NCBI GenBank assembly: GCA_018260615.1
Contig: JAGWDQ010000044.1
Location: 20,467 to 84,466 of the forward strand
Direction of reading: 5' to 3'
Length of the DNA: 64,000 nt
Source of the DNA: Candidatus Altarchaeum sp.
GTDB lineage: Archaea > Altiarchaeota > Altiarchaeia > Altiarchaeales > Altiarchaeaceae
The notes under the pieces were generated by a model. That model was given only the letters and a program-made list of their open reading frames with translations. It was not told the DNA's origin and did no database searches. Shown one piece after another: positions 1-10,474 of the stretch. The position numbers and the translations under genes are program-made. Position 1 is the first letter of the stretch. Every line of letters begins with the position of its first letter.

Positions 1-73
1 GCGGTTATCTTTTAAAAATTTAAAGTAACTATTCAGCCACCCCAAAAAATTACGGGTAAAAATTTAATTTTTA

Positions 74-300
74 CGCTCACTCCGTTCCACTCACTTCGTT
101 CGTGTCTTTTCAAAACCTCTGCAGTTTTGAAAATCGTGTATTTTAAAATTTCGTAAATTTTAAAATTGTATTTTTTTTGAAAATCTCACAGGTAATAAAA
201 AAATCACGCTGATTTTTTTAGATTGAAAACTTGTAGTTTTCAGTATTTAAAAATACCAAAGTATTTTTAAAGATTGAAAATCTTATAGATTTTCAGTAAT
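74..300. repeat. Modular REP-like palindrome cluster
   Basis: cgctcac/cacttcgttcg motif followed by ttttcaaaac-N-gttttgaaaa and gattgaaaa-N-ttttcagt hairpins; the same modules recur at 31.2k, 37.6k, 43.1k and 53.7k. Confidence 0.8.
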
Positions 301-343
301 TTGACGCCCTCTGAATAGTTACAATTTAAAATTTATGCGGGGT

Positions 344-1801
344 TTAAATTAAAAGCAAATATCTCAATGGCAACTTGATAAATTTGTCATCAATTAATTC
401 AAGTTCGTCATTACCTATACTTATTCCGTAAGAAAAATTTTTTATCTTTTTAGATGTCTCTTTTATCTGCTTTATTCCATAGTCCTCTTTGTTAAAACCA
501 ATTTCAATAACGAGCTCTTTATCATCATTCCTTAAAATAAAATCAGCACCTTTTTCCGAAGAATCATACATAAATTCCATCCTCCTGCATAATTTTTTAA
601 AGTCCTTAATAAATACCAGTCCGCAGTAATCTTCAAGTATTTTGCCTTTTATCTCCGGAGGATATCTCCCTTGTAACAGAGATGACCGCAGCGATGGTGA
701 AATGAATAAATATTTTACCGGCTTTCTCGCTTTTGCATAAGCACCGCCATAACTTCTGATTTTTATTATAATTCCGGCCATAACCAAAACATCTAACAAT
801 GAAGTTAATGTCTTATTGTCAATATTTAAGGACTTGCCCAATTTTTCATAACTTATTACATCTGATTTTGCTAAAAGATAGAGCAAATTATATATCTTTT
901 GTATTGTTTCCGAATTGAATTTTTTAAGTGTTATAATGTCTTTTGTGATTAACTTTTCAATCACATTTTGTATTAATTTATAACATCTTTCCTTATTTGT
1001 TGTCTTTATTACAAATGGAAATCCTCCGATATCCAAAAAATCATACTCAATTTTAGGTGGCAAATTGGCAAATAAACGATTCACTTCCAATGAAATGGAC
1101 ATAACGGACTCATACATTTGTCTTGCGTTTTCACTTTCCAATAGACATCTTAATAATGTATCTGAAAGATCCGGGACTGGAAATTTTATGTTTTTCAATT
1201 TCAGATATTCAGTAAATTTAAGCGGATAAATTTCTTCTGTACTTGCCCTTCTTGAAAGGTCCGGATTCATATTAAGACATAAAGCAGAAGACCCTGTTGC
1301 GAGTATTAAAACATTTCTGTGTCCCATTGTTCTGTCAAAAATCGTCTTTAAGAAAAGCCCCCATTGTTCATCATAGTGAACTTCATCAAGCAAAATTAAA
1401 ATTTTTTTGTTCAGATTCTCAAACTTAAATCTTTTTAGATCTTCATAAAAACGAAAGAACTCATTTAAAGTAATTCCTTCCAAATGTAATTCGCTTACAT
1501 CAAGATAAATTTTTTCATATTCCTGAGTAAATATTTTCTGATTACCTGCAAATTTCTGAGCATAAAAAATTTGTGCAAAAAGCGTTGTTTTTCCAACACC
1601 TCTAATTCCAGACAAAAGATTGATTTTTTCAAGTTCATCAGTTTGATTATTCAAAAATTTTTCCAAAAGCACTTCGTAATGAGAAAAAATATGTCTGGTT
1701 GGTAATAAATTGTTGTTTTCATCATAAATGTATGCTGACAGAAAATTATCAAGTCCTTCTGTCCATAGCCGGTAAAAATTTTCTATTTTTGTATTCTCCA
1801 T
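344..1801 (-). CDS. AAA+ ATPase, AAA_14/DUF4143-type ATP-binding protein
   Basis: Walker A GIRGVGKTT, Walker B LLDEVHY, ATGSS motif, C-terminal wHTH and KGADF..IEIG nuclease-like tail. Confidence 0.85.
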   Translation of the reverse strand: MENTKIENFYRLWTEGLDNFLSAYIYDENNNLLPTRHIFSHYEVLLEKFLNNQTDELEKINLLSGIRGVGKTTLFAQIFYAQKFAGNQKIFTQEYEKIYLDVSELHLEGITLNEFFRFYEDLKRFKFENLNKKILILLDEVHYDEQWGLFLKTIFDRTMGHRNVLILATGSSALCLNMNPDLSRRASTEEIYPLKFTEYLKLKNIKFPVPDLSDTLLRCLLESENARQMYESVMSISLEVNRLFANLPPKIEYDFLDIGGFPFVIKTTNKERCYKLIQNVIEKLITKDIITLKKFNSETIQKIYNLLYLLAKSDVISYEKLGKSLNIDNKTLTSLLDVLVMAGIIIKIRSYGGAYAKARKPVKYLFISPSLRSSLLQGRYPPEIKGKILEDYCGLVFIKDFKKLCRRMEFMYDSSEKGADFILRNDDKELVIEIGFNKEDYGIKQIKETSKKIKNFSYGISIGNDELELIDDKFIKLPLRYLLLI

Positions 1802-1860
1802 TTTGTATGTTTTGATTTATAAAATCAATTTATAGAATTAGAATTAGATTAAAATATGCA

Positions 1861-1954
1861 TTTTATTGGGAATAGAATCCCATTAAAACACCATTTTTAT
1901 TGGGAATAGAATCCCATTAAAACAGGAGTTTTATTAGGAATGGACTCCCATTAA
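1861..1954. repeat. Three 34-bp-period imperfect palindromes upstream of the ATPase gene
   Basis: ttttattgggaatagaatcccattaaaa at 1861 and 1895, degenerate copy at 1929. Confidence 0.85.
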
Positions 1955-1973
1955 CCCAAATTTCCCATATGTC

Positions 1974-3242
1974 TTATATATTTATCTCCTCAATCCTCAA
2001 AAATTTTTGCTCACCGCTCTCCATATCCCTCAAAGTAACCTTGTTTTCCTCAACCTCTTTCTTTCCGACAACAACAACATACCTGTATTTGTTATTTGCA
2101 TACTCCATCGCCTTTCTGACTTTTCTGTTCATTATATCCAAATCCGCTATAATATTTCTTTCCCTTAGTTCTTTTACTACTTTAACACAATAGCCCTTAA
2201 ATTCCTCACTGACGAATGTAATTAAAATTTTCCTGTTTTCAAATTTAGGGCTCAAATTTTGCATCTTCAGCGCCTCAATCACTCTGTCAAACCCGTAGGC
2301 AAACCCGACTGCCGGAGTGTTTTTGCTTTTATTATCCTGAACTCCTTTATCTTCCGAAAACAATCCGATAAGATTATCATATCTCCCCCCGCCGCAAATC
2401 TGCATATTATTCGCGTGAATCTCAAATACCGTTGAAGTATAGTAATCCAGTCCGCGAACAGTGTTAAAATTTATAACATAATCAACACCATATAATTCCG
2501 CAAATTTTAAAACATTTTCCAGTTCGTCAATTCCTTCAATCGCTTCCCCGCAGTCATTCAGTAAATTTTTTAAATCGCTTAAATTTTCCCTGTTTCCCTT
2601 AAATGAAAGAACTTTGTTTAAAATTTCTCCCCTGTCAGTCCTTTTTAAAATTTCATTAACTCCTTCATCATTATGCTTGTCAATATAGTGCAAAATTTTT
2701 TTCTTGTCTTCCTCTCTTAAATTTGCCGAATTCAGAACCCCCTTAATTACCTTTATATTACTGAGCTCCAGAACAAAATTTAAATTTAAGGACTTTAAGC
2801 CCTCATAAGCCAGAGAAATAACTTCCGCATCGCTTTCCGGATTATTACTTCCGATCAATTCAACCCCCAGATGCCAGAATTCCCTGTATCTCGCATGCTG
2901 CGGCTCATCATATCTAAATACGGGACAAAAATAGTAAAATTTCAAAGGAAAGGCAAAATTTTTAAAATTTTCAGTGAAAAAACGAGCGGTTGAAGCGGTC
3001 TGCTCCGGTTTCAGGCATACCTCTCTGTTTCCTTTATCCTTAAATACAAACATACTTTCAGTGATTTCCTCTCCTGATTTTAATGTGAATATATTTGTGT
3101 ATTCAACCGTCGGGGTTAAAATTTCGTCAAATCCGTATAATTTAAATTTTTTTTCTACTGCTTCTCTCACATAGTTCCTTATTTTCATATCATCGGGCAA
3201 AAAATCCCGGAAACCCCTTAATTTTTCTGTTTTGATGTCCAT
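1974..3242 (-). CDS. hisS: Histidyl-tRNA synthetase
   Basis: RGFRDFLP, LKPEQTA, FRYDEPQ..RYREF, RGLDYYT, GGGRYDNL motifs. Confidence 0.97.
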   Translation of the reverse strand: MDIKTEKLRGFRDFLPDDMKIRNYVREAVEKKFKLYGFDEILTPTVEYTNIFTLKSGEEITESMFVFKDKGNREVCLKPEQTASTARFFTENFKNFAFPLKFYYFCPVFRYDEPQHARYREFWHLGVELIGSNNPESDAEVISLAYEGLKSLNLNFVLELSNIKVIKGVLNSANLREEDKKKILHYIDKHNDEGVNEILKRTDRGEILNKVLSFKGNRENLSDLKNLLNDCGEAIEGIDELENVLKFAELYGVDYVINFNTVRGLDYYTSTVFEIHANNMQICGGGRYDNLIGLFSEDKGVQDNKSKNTPAVGFAYGFDRVIEALKMQNLSPKFENRKILITFVSEEFKGYCVKVVKELRERNIIADLDIMNRKVRKAMEYANNKYRYVVVVGKKEVEENKVTLRDMESGEQKFLRIEEINI

Positions 3243-3389
3243 ATTTTTTAATTTCTCTTTTTAATTTACTCTGACTGAAAAATTTTTACAAGTATTGTTA
3301 CACAATTATGAGCAAAAATAAAAGAATGAAAATTTAACTATTCAGGCGGTAATAAAATTCATCACAATTACGTTCACATCGTTCAAGGG

Positions 3390-3488
3390 CAAATAATAAT
3401 TATACAAAAACATATAATATTAATTATACATAATTGTATTATACAAAAACGACAAATAATAATTATACAAAAACATATAATATTAATT
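3390..3488. repeat. 36-bp direct repeat, two copies
   Basis: caaataataattatacaaaaacatataatattaatt at 3390-3425 and 3453-3488. Confidence 0.85.
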
Positions 3489-3551
3489 GCGCATAAGGTA
3501 AAAATGAAAAATCCATTTGTATTCGGGGTAGAGGTTTGTTAAATTTCTAAA

Positions 3552-3613
3552 ATGGAAACACTGCTTCCAAAACCAAAAACGCGGGGAAAAATTTCCGTTG
3601 AAGAAAGTAAATG
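3552..3613 (+). pseudogene. Degenerate duplicate of the 5-prime end of the nitroreductase gene at 5633
   Basis: METLLPKPKTRGKISVEE versus MEITTLPEPKTKGKISFEE. Confidence 0.8.
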
Positions 3614-3703
3614 AGTATTTTTCCTGAATTTTTAACATTATTCTTTTAAACTAAATAATTTCCTAATTTACTAATATAAAATTTATTTATCAATATAGTA
3701 AAA

Positions 3704-4978
3704 ATGCAAATCAAAGAAATAAAAATAGAAAACTTTAAAGGAATATCTTATTTGAAGTTTTCTCCAAAAAAAATAAACTTAATTGTAGGAAGGAACAATA
3801 CTGGCAAAACCAGCGTTTTGGAAGCAATTGATTTGTTATTTAATCCTGAAAATATAGTGCAAATGTATGGTGAACATCTTTCGGATATAATTCATACAGA
3901 GACCGAATATTCAGAACTTGTAGCGAAGATAGGTAAAAGCAAAAAGAAATTAAGGATATCAAAATCATACAAAAGCGAAGTGATTTACCAATTCAAGAAA
4001 GACGTTACTGGGGCATTTATTAGGTCATTAAACAAATTTTTTGCTCTTATTAACCTTCCTGAAAACATCATAGATACAGAAGAAATCAGACACAAATTAG
4101 AAAACAAAATGGATGAAGCAATAACTCCTGAGATAATAGGCATCATATCAAAAAAGAGTGTGTGTCTCTTAAAAGACAGCGAAGATAAAACAGTAAGGTA
4201 TCACTTGCCATTTTCAGAATATTCTCGAATTTCTCGCATTTTACTTCCTGTGTCGCTCGAGATTTTCGAACAAATATCTAAACAGGGTACAAAGTCGTTG
4301 AATGAAAAGGTTTTGTCATATGACGAGGTTTTGTCAGTTATAAATGCCAATATGTTTGAGATGTTCTCACTTTTTGAACATCCCACAAAAATTTCGGGAG
4401 GGAAAAATGTAGTTTTAATAAAAGATTTATCTGGTGTGAAATTTGAACTGGAAGAAAAAGACGCAGAAATGAAAAGGAAAATTAGGAATATAGAATCCAT
4501 TATAAAAGAGCATAATTTGATTGAAAATTTAGAAAGATTGGATTTTGACTATGTTACATTTAAAGATAAAAATGAAAAATTAAGTTTTGTTCCATTTTCT
4601 TTTTTAGGTGATGGTTTTAAAGTAATGGTTGGCTTGCTGTGGCATATTTCCTCACCAAATATGGAGAATAAAATTGTCCTGCTTGATGAGCCGGAAACCC
4701 ACATGCATCCTGGTTATATTCTGGAATTAATAAAGTTCCTTATCAAATTTTCAGATAAACTAAACATCCGGTTTTTCATAACGACTCATAGCTGGGACTT
4801 TCTTGATTTGTTGCTTGACAAGGATAATTTTTCACAAGAAGATCAAAAATATTTGGAAAAGGACTTATTGTTGTTAAGAATGGATAAATTAGATGATTCT
4901 ACTATTCCGACCATTTCGGACTATAAAGATGCCAAATATGCAAAGGACAAGCTTTTCCTGGATTTAAGAGGAATTTAA
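3704..4978 (+). CDS. ABC-type ATPase (AAA_15/AAA_21, OLD/AbiEii-like)
   Basis: NFKGI, GRNNTGKTS Walker A, LGDG signature, LLDEPETHMHP Walker B/D-loop, ITTHS H-loop. Confidence 0.88.
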   Translation: MQIKEIKIENFKGISYLKFSPKKINLIVGRNNTGKTSVLEAIDLLFNPENIVQMYGEHLSDIIHTETEYSELVAKIGKSKKKLRISKSYKSEVIYQFKKDVTGAFIRSLNKFFALINLPENIIDTEEIRHKLENKMDEAITPEIIGIISKKSVCLLKDSEDKTVRYHLPFSEYSRISRILLPVSLEIFEQISKQGTKSLNEKVLSYDEVLSVINANMFEMFSLFEHPTKISGGKNVVLIKDLSGVKFELEEKDAEMKRKIRNIESIIKEHNLIENLERLDFDYVTFKDKNEKLSFVPFSFLGDGFKVMVGLLWHISSPNMENKIVLLDEPETHMHPGYILELIKFLIKFSDKLNIRFFITTHSWDFLDLLLDKDNFSQEDQKYLEKDLLLLRMDKLDDSTIPTISDYKDAKYAKDKLFLDLRGI

Positions 4979-4980
4979 AA

Positions 4981-5631
4981 ATGAAGAGGATAATCATTTG
5001 TGAAGGAAAACATGATAGTATTTTCTTACGCGCACTATTTCCCAAAATTGGCATTCCTGATAAAGATATAGAAATATTTGATCAGGGGGAGCGTGATAAA
5101 AAGGAAGATTTGAGAAATATAGAAACAAAAATAGTCGGTAAATTTCTCAGCCCTTACGGACCTTACAGTTCTTGTAAAATTTTGGTAAAGTCAGAAGAGG
5201 GAAAGGGTAACGCGATTCATCTGTTTGCAGAATATTTAACAACATGGATACAAAACTTTGAAACATTTTTGATGCTGGACTTAGATACTTCTCTTTATAA
5301 ACAAAACAAGTCGGGTAAAAGCAGGGAGAAAAAAACAAGAATTGAAAGAATGTTAAATAAATTAAAAGAGATGATAAAAAACAAACATGGAAATTTTGAA
5401 ATAGAGTGTGAAGATATAAAAGATAGTGAATTGTTGGTAAGAAAATGTTATCTAAAAGATAAAAACGGCAACCAACGAGTAGGAAGCCCATTTTATCTAA
5501 TTTTGTTTGTTCATTCGTTAGAAGAAGAAGCTAACAGGACAGTCCCCTCTGATAATGTTGATATTGAAGGTAAAATATCCAAACTTGTTGAACTGCCCGA
5601 TATTCAAGACACATTTTCGTCATTATTTTAA
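4981..5631 (+). CDS. TOPRIM-like partner of the ATPase (DUF3226-like)
   Basis: N-terminal ICEGKHD and later LDLD (DxD) motif; starts 2 bp after the ATPase stop. Confidence 0.6.
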   Translation: MKRIIICEGKHDSIFLRALFPKIGIPDKDIEIFDQGERDKKEDLRNIETKIVGKFLSPYGPYSSCKILVKSEEGKGNAIHLFAEYLTTWIQNFETFLMLDLDTSLYKQNKSGKSREKKTRIERMLNKLKEMIKNKHGNFEIECEDIKDSELLVRKCYLKDKNGNQRVGSPFYLILFVHSLEEEANRTVPSDNVDIEGKISKLVELPDIQDTFSSLF

Positions 5632-5632
5632 A

Positions 5633-6205
5633 ATGGAAATCACAACACTTCCGGAACCAAAAACAAAAGGAAAAATTTCGTTTGAAGAAGCAATATTTAA
5701 AAGGAAGTCGCACAGGAAATTTACGGCTGAAAATTTAAGCACGGATGAAATTTCACAGTTATTATGGGCTGCTTACGGAAGGAACAAAGACCGCAAAGTT
5801 GTCCCGTCGGCAGGGGCAACATATCCCTTTGAAATTTATATAAATTTAAGCGATGGAATCTATAAGTATGAAAGTGACAGGCATAAAATTTTAAAGGTTG
5901 TTGAGGGAAACAAAAGTGAATTATTATATTATGCGGCATTACATCAAGAGTGCGTAAAAAATGCGAAAGCAACAATTATTCTCGCTGTCAATTACGAAAA
6001 AATTAAGGTAAGATACGGAGACAGAAGCATTAGATATACACACTTTGAGGCAGGTCATATTGCCCAGAATATTTGTCTGCAGGCGGAAGCATTAAATTTG
6101 GGAAGTGTATGTATCGGTGCGTTTGATGAAGAAAAGGTTGCGAAAATAATAAATTTAGATGAAAATTTAAAAGCAATTTACATGATTTGTGTGAGTAAAA
6201 TTTAA
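5633..6205 (+). CDS. SagB/ThcOx-family nitroreductase
   Basis: KRKSHRKF, VPSAGATYP, EAGHIAQN, SVCIGAFD; start moved to ATG 5633 because the ORF-track start lies inside the upstream gene. Confidence 0.9.
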   Translation: MEITTLPEPKTKGKISFEEAIFKRKSHRKFTAENLSTDEISQLLWAAYGRNKDRKVVPSAGATYPFEIYINLSDGIYKYESDRHKILKVVEGNKSELLYYAALHQECVKNAKATIILAVNYEKIKVRYGDRSIRYTHFEAGHIAQNICLQAEALNLGSVCIGAFDEEKVAKIINLDENLKAIYMICVSKI

Positions 6206-6226
6206 TTTGACATTTACTATTTACTT

Positions 6227-6427
6227 TCACTCCTCTTCATCAAAAATAAATAATTCATCAATTTTAGAGTTAAGTGCTTTCGCTATGTCATACGCAAGTT
6301 TAAGTGAAGGGTTGTATTTTCCCTTTTCAAGAAAGACAATGGTCTCTCTTCTGACACTAACTTTTTTTGCTAATTCTTCTTGTGTCAAATTGTATCTTGC
6401 CCGAAATTCTTTGAGTCGTGTTTTCAT
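6227..6427 (-). CDS. XRE-family HTH transcriptional regulator
   Basis: [30 protein letters not shown]. Confidence 0.93.
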   Translation of the reverse strand: MKTRLKEFRARYNLTQEELAKKVSVRRETIVFLEKGKYNPSLKLAYDIAKALNSKIDELFIFDEEE

Positions 6428-6474
6428 TCTTTAAACTTTCAAACTGAAATTATTGTAATTAATTCAAACTAATT

Positions 6475-7659
6475 TTATGCAAACAACTCGCTATTCACCA
6501 AAATATCTGGTTTTTCGCCTTTTGGAACTTTCACTTCCAAACCTAAAATTACATAGGATTCTTTATTTGTTTTTCCTTTCCAACCCGTTTCAAATTCATC
6601 CTCTTTCAAAGTATCTACTCCAAATTTACCTTGCTCCATAAAGTATTTCTGCCTTATATCAAGGATGTTGTCACCATATTGCACCCTTTCAAGAGAAAGT
6701 TCATATTCTTTATTTTTTTCAACATTGAATGTTGCAACAGGTGCCCAGCCAATAATAACTCCGTTGTTAATTTTGACTCTTGTTTTCAGAGATTTTAGTG
6801 GTTTTGTATCTATTTTACCCTTTACCTGAATCCAGATAATGTATCCGTCATAATCTGGCATTTTCCAAAAACTTGAGTTTATCCGGTAAATTTCTATAGC
6901 ATCCCATATTTCTGAGTGTGTTGTTTCCTCTCCAAAAGGTTTATCTTCTGTACCTTTTCCTGTCCCTGCACTATATAATCTGGCTTCGAGGATAAGACCA
7001 TGAGTTTCCGGAGAAATAAAATCCTCCTTAAACATCCATGTCTGATTAGTTATATTGTATTGTTCATCACATACTGATGGAGCAGAACATATCTCATGAT
7101 CTATTGAAACATGTTCCATCATCGGCGGAAAAATATACTCCTGAATTATGGCTGGTCCGATGAGTATAGTAAATGCCATTAAAATTCCAAGCCCTATTTC
7201 AGTCAATGTCAATATCATCTTATCTGTTTTTTCATCATCTCGTTCATGCAGATAATAAGATACCATGTATATAATGAATCCGGCAGCAAAAGCAACTTCT
7301 ATAAGAGATGAAAAAATTTGCTCATCTATTATATCAAAACCCAATAATGCTATTAAAATCGCTATTGAAGCTACAAGAAATATAAAACCCTTTTTTGATG
7401 CTTTTAAAGTGTTTAATTCCGTTCGCTCATCAATTCTAATTCTTACTTCACCTGTTCTTTTATATTGAATGATTTCGTAAAGAGAATAAAGTGCAATAAT
7501 AGTTCCCAGTAATATGAGTAATCCTGAGATTAAGTATTCTGGGGTGGATACAGCGCCTCTAAAATATAACCACATTACCCCACACATAGTAAAAAATATA
7601 CCTAATATTGCCCATCTGTATGGTATTTGAGATTGTTTATTTATTTGTTCGTTTTTCAT
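6475..7659 (-). CDS. DUF2178-like membrane protein with C-terminal extracellular domain
   Basis: IDERTELN..KAS motif between TM helices; paralogous N-terminus to 7700-8347; upstream of an XRE HTH gene. Confidence 0.65.
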   Translation of the reverse strand: MKNEQINKQSQIPYRWAILGIFFTMCGVMWLYFRGAVSTPEYLISGLLILLGTIIALYSLYEIIQYKRTGEVRIRIDERTELNTLKASKKGFIFLVASIAILIALLGFDIIDEQIFSSLIEVAFAAGFIIYMVSYYLHERDDEKTDKMILTLTEIGLGILMAFTILIGPAIIQEYIFPPMMEHVSIDHEICSAPSVCDEQYNITNQTWMFKEDFISPETHGLILEARLYSAGTGKGTEDKPFGEETTHSEIWDAIEIYRINSSFWKMPDYDGYIIWIQVKGKIDTKPLKSLKTRVKINNGVIIGWAPVATFNVEKNKEYELSLERVQYGDNILDIRQKYFMEQGKFGVDTLKEDEFETGWKGKTNKESYVILGLEVKVPKGEKPDILVNSELFA

Positions 7660-7699
7660 TTTCGTTAAGTTTTGGTATTTATTTTAAATTTTTAAAAAT

Positions 7700-8347
7700 T
7701 TATTGTATCTTTACCGCGATCACAAATATACCTATTCCGACAAGTAAAATAGCCCTTACAAGAGTAACAAACAGAGCATTGTCTATTGCACCAAAAGCCA
7801 ATAATCCGTTTATAATTGCCAGAGAAATCATTAAAAAGAAATAGCCCCATTTTGCCGAGTGTGAGATATTTATGTTTATCCGCTCATCTACCCAAACATT
7901 CACCTTGCCTGTCTTTTTGTAGTTATAAATTTCATGAATAAAATAAATTGTTATCCCTATTCCCATTATTACTATCACAAGTGCGAAATATCCTACATCC
8001 GAAAAGAACACCCACAAAATTCCCCAAAGGGTGATAATTATTCCAATAATTGTCCCCCAATACGGAATTTGTTTATTTATATTTGTTCCTTCATCAAACG
8101 ATGTTTCTTCTTCATCCTTTCCCTTTCTATACTTATAATTCTTATAAATAACATAAAGGATAATTGCCCCTCCGAGTGCTACATACGGAATTGGTTCATC
8201 CTCTTTTGATATGTTAAAATCAAATATCGCGATTAATATTCCGGCACTAATAATAATCACACCAAATATTAATATCTCCAACTCCATTATGCTTCTTTTC
8301 TTTTTTGTTTTTTCCGTTGATGTATTTTCTTCCTTTTCCATTTTCAC
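7700..8347 (-). CDS. DUF2178-like membrane protein
   Basis: VDERININISHSA motif, several TM helices, QIPY(R/W) segment shared with the neighbour. Confidence 0.65.
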   Translation of the reverse strand: MKMEKEENTSTEKTKKKRSIMELEILIFGVIIISAGILIAIFDFNISKEDEPIPYVALGGAIILYVIYKNYKYRKGKDEEETSFDEGTNINKQIPYWGTIIGIIITLWGILWVFFSDVGYFALVIVIMGIGITIYFIHEIYNYKKTGKVNVWVDERININISHSAKWGYFFLMISLAIINGLLAFGAIDNALFVTLVRAILLVGIGIFVIAVKIQ

Positions 8348-8479
8348 TAAATTTATTATATATTTTTAACTTTTTATTAATTATTTCTAACTAAAAGTTA
8401 GATTTATATAACATATTAGGATTTAATATAAATAAATAAATAAATAAAAATATTTTTTCAGAAGAAAGAAAACTTCATT

Positions 8480-9235
8480 TTAAAATTCTAACTTCTTCCC
8501 GTCATCTGCAATTTCTATATCATTCAGGGACTTTAAATTTAGCCGCTTTGCTGTCTTTTCATATCCGAACCGGACAGGTGTTTCCGAAATGAGAATGTAA
8601 GCTGCAATCTCCTTTATATTTAACTTTGCCGCTGCAACCGCTCTGTGATGCCCGTCTATTATAAAATTTTTATTATTTGTCCGCAGCACAACAATCGGCT
8701 CGTTTAAATTTTTCTGTATTTCATACATTCTTCCCTGCAATTCATCCGCCTCTATATTGCTTTGCGTGGGAATTAAGTCACGGACATTTACATTTTCTTC
8801 CAGTATGGAAATTTCACAATCGTGTAAATTTTCAAATATATCCTTTATCTTTAAGACCTTATCATAAGACGAATGTTCTATTTCCGCCCTTAAAATATCA
8901 GTGTTTGAAATCATTCCGATAAATTTATTGGTTTCTCCGATAACAGGCAAACCGGAAATACCTTTTCTCCACATAATCTTTGCGGCGCGGGAAATTTCCA
9001 TATCCGGTGTAGCAACAATCACATCCTTCCGCATAAATTTATCTATTGTTGCCTTTGGATTCCTGAATAATATATCCAGAACCGAAATGAACCCGACAAG
9101 TTTCTCATTTTCAACAACCGGAAATCCGACATGCTGATATTTTAATACCATTCTTTCCACTTCTTCAACGGTAAATTTGGGCATTACGATAATTATGTCT
9201 GTGTGAAGATAGTCCTTTACATATTTTTTATCCAT
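8480..9235 (-). CDS. CBS-pair plus ParB/Srx-like domain protein
   Basis: GFPVV and GLPVI CBS motifs; C-terminal IIDGHHRA. Confidence 0.9.
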   Translation of the reverse strand: MDKKYVKDYLHTDIIIVMPKFTVEEVERMVLKYQHVGFPVVENEKLVGFISVLDILFRNPKATIDKFMRKDVIVATPDMEISRAAKIMWRKGISGLPVIGETNKFIGMISNTDILRAEIEHSSYDKVLKIKDIFENLHDCEISILEENVNVRDLIPTQSNIEADELQGRMYEIQKNLNEPIVVLRTNNKNFIIDGHHRAVAAAKLNIKEIAAYILISETPVRFGYEKTAKRLNLKSLNDIEIADDGKKLEF

Positions 9236-9383
9236 AATTAAATTTTATAAATTTAAAATTATAAGCAAAGTCGTAATTATAAAAAATTTTGCCAAAACAT
9301 TAAAAATAGACCTGTTGCTAATTAAAATTTCATAATGTGAAATATGTAAAATTCAAAGATAGAATAGTTATTTGACAACAACC

Positions 9384-10415
9384 CTAATCTATAGAGAGCT
9401 TATTTTGTTTACTTATTATTGTCTGCACAATTCGTGGAAGAGGTATTTTACATTCTCCTTCGGGCATCGTTATTTTCCATCTAAATATAGGTATTTCAAT
9501 CTCAGCACCATTTATAGTTTTGTCTTTGTCGTCAAGAACTTTTATCGTGACTGTTTTGGCAGCATATTGCAAAGTCCCAAGCAATTGTGCTTTTTCAACA
9601 TCGGGTGAAGGGGAATAAAAACAACCCTTATCATCTGTTTTGGCTTCAATGTTATTTCCCCCAAATTTTATTTTTATTGGCACATCAACATTTATACTCT
9701 TATAATCTAAACGATATAAAAATATCGGCAAAGAAAAGCTAAACATCTCTTCATGGTTCTCTCCTTCCAGTTTTTTTTCCCACATCACCAATATCGTTCC
9801 AAAAGTGTTTGCAACAAGGGCACCAATTGACATCGCAATTATGAGATCTTTTGTTTCATCAAGAAATAAAGATAACCAAGCTAAACCACCTAAAATAAAG
9901 AACAGAATGATTCCAAACAACATAACCGTTTTACGGTTTTCTGAAGAGGTCTTTTCTGAGCGTGCAAAAATCTCTAAAATAATAAAAATAATGATTGCAA
10001 AAACAACCACCGAAAATATTAATGAGAGGAGATTTTCTCCATTCCACATACTTCCCGCAGCAACGATTGCAGGAATGTAATGCAAATCTGCAACGAATGA
10101 CGATATTAGAGCCATCATAATAATTATTGTTATTTTAGATGATTTTCCATCCATTCTATTTTCTTTGTCTATTTGATGTCTATGCAAAAAGTCCACGAAC
10201 TTCCTGAGTGTTGCAGCAATGGATAGTAACGCTATTATTAGAAGTTCCCAAAATGTTTTAAAAAACTCCCAAAATCCTATTTTAGAGATTTCCGAAGCAT
10301 CAACGCTCATTATATGCACTAAAAAAGTTACATTAAATGTTAAAATCATAAATTGTAATACAAAAGTCACTGGAAGTATTCCTATGCCTTTCTTTATTTT
10401 TGATGTATATGTCAT
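9384..10415 (-). CDS. Multi-pass membrane protein with TFN/ADxHY/GAxxAN motifs and a C-terminal beta-rich domain
   Basis: 343-aa ORF with hydrophobic helices; motifs shared with the two upstream genes. Confidence 0.75.
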   Translation of the reverse strand: MTYTSKIKKGIGILPVTFVLQFMILTFNVTFLVHIMSVDASEISKIGFWEFFKTFWELLIIALLSIAATLRKFVDFLHRHQIDKENRMDGKSSKITIIIMMALISSFVADLHYIPAIVAAGSMWNGENLLSLIFSVVVFAIIIFIILEIFARSEKTSSENRKTVMLFGIILFFILGGLAWLSLFLDETKDLIIAMSIGALVANTFGTILVMWEKKLEGENHEEMFSFSLPIFLYRLDYKSINVDVPIKIKFGGNNIEAKTDDKGCFYSPSPDVEKAQLLGTLQYAAKTVTIKVLDDKDKTINGAEIEIPIFRWKITMPEGECKIPLPRIVQTIISKQNKLSID

Positions 10416-10474
10416 TTTACTTTTATATTAATTGTTTATATCATTAATTAAATTATTTTATAAGAATAAATAAA

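Noticed and set aside
1861-1954. Mini CRISPR array
   Set aside because: Linkers are about 6 nt, far too short for spacers, and no cas genes are present.
3503-3541. MKNPFVFG mini-ORF resembling an archaeal ATPase N-terminus
   Set aside because: Only 12 codons; suggestive of a deleted gene but too short to call.
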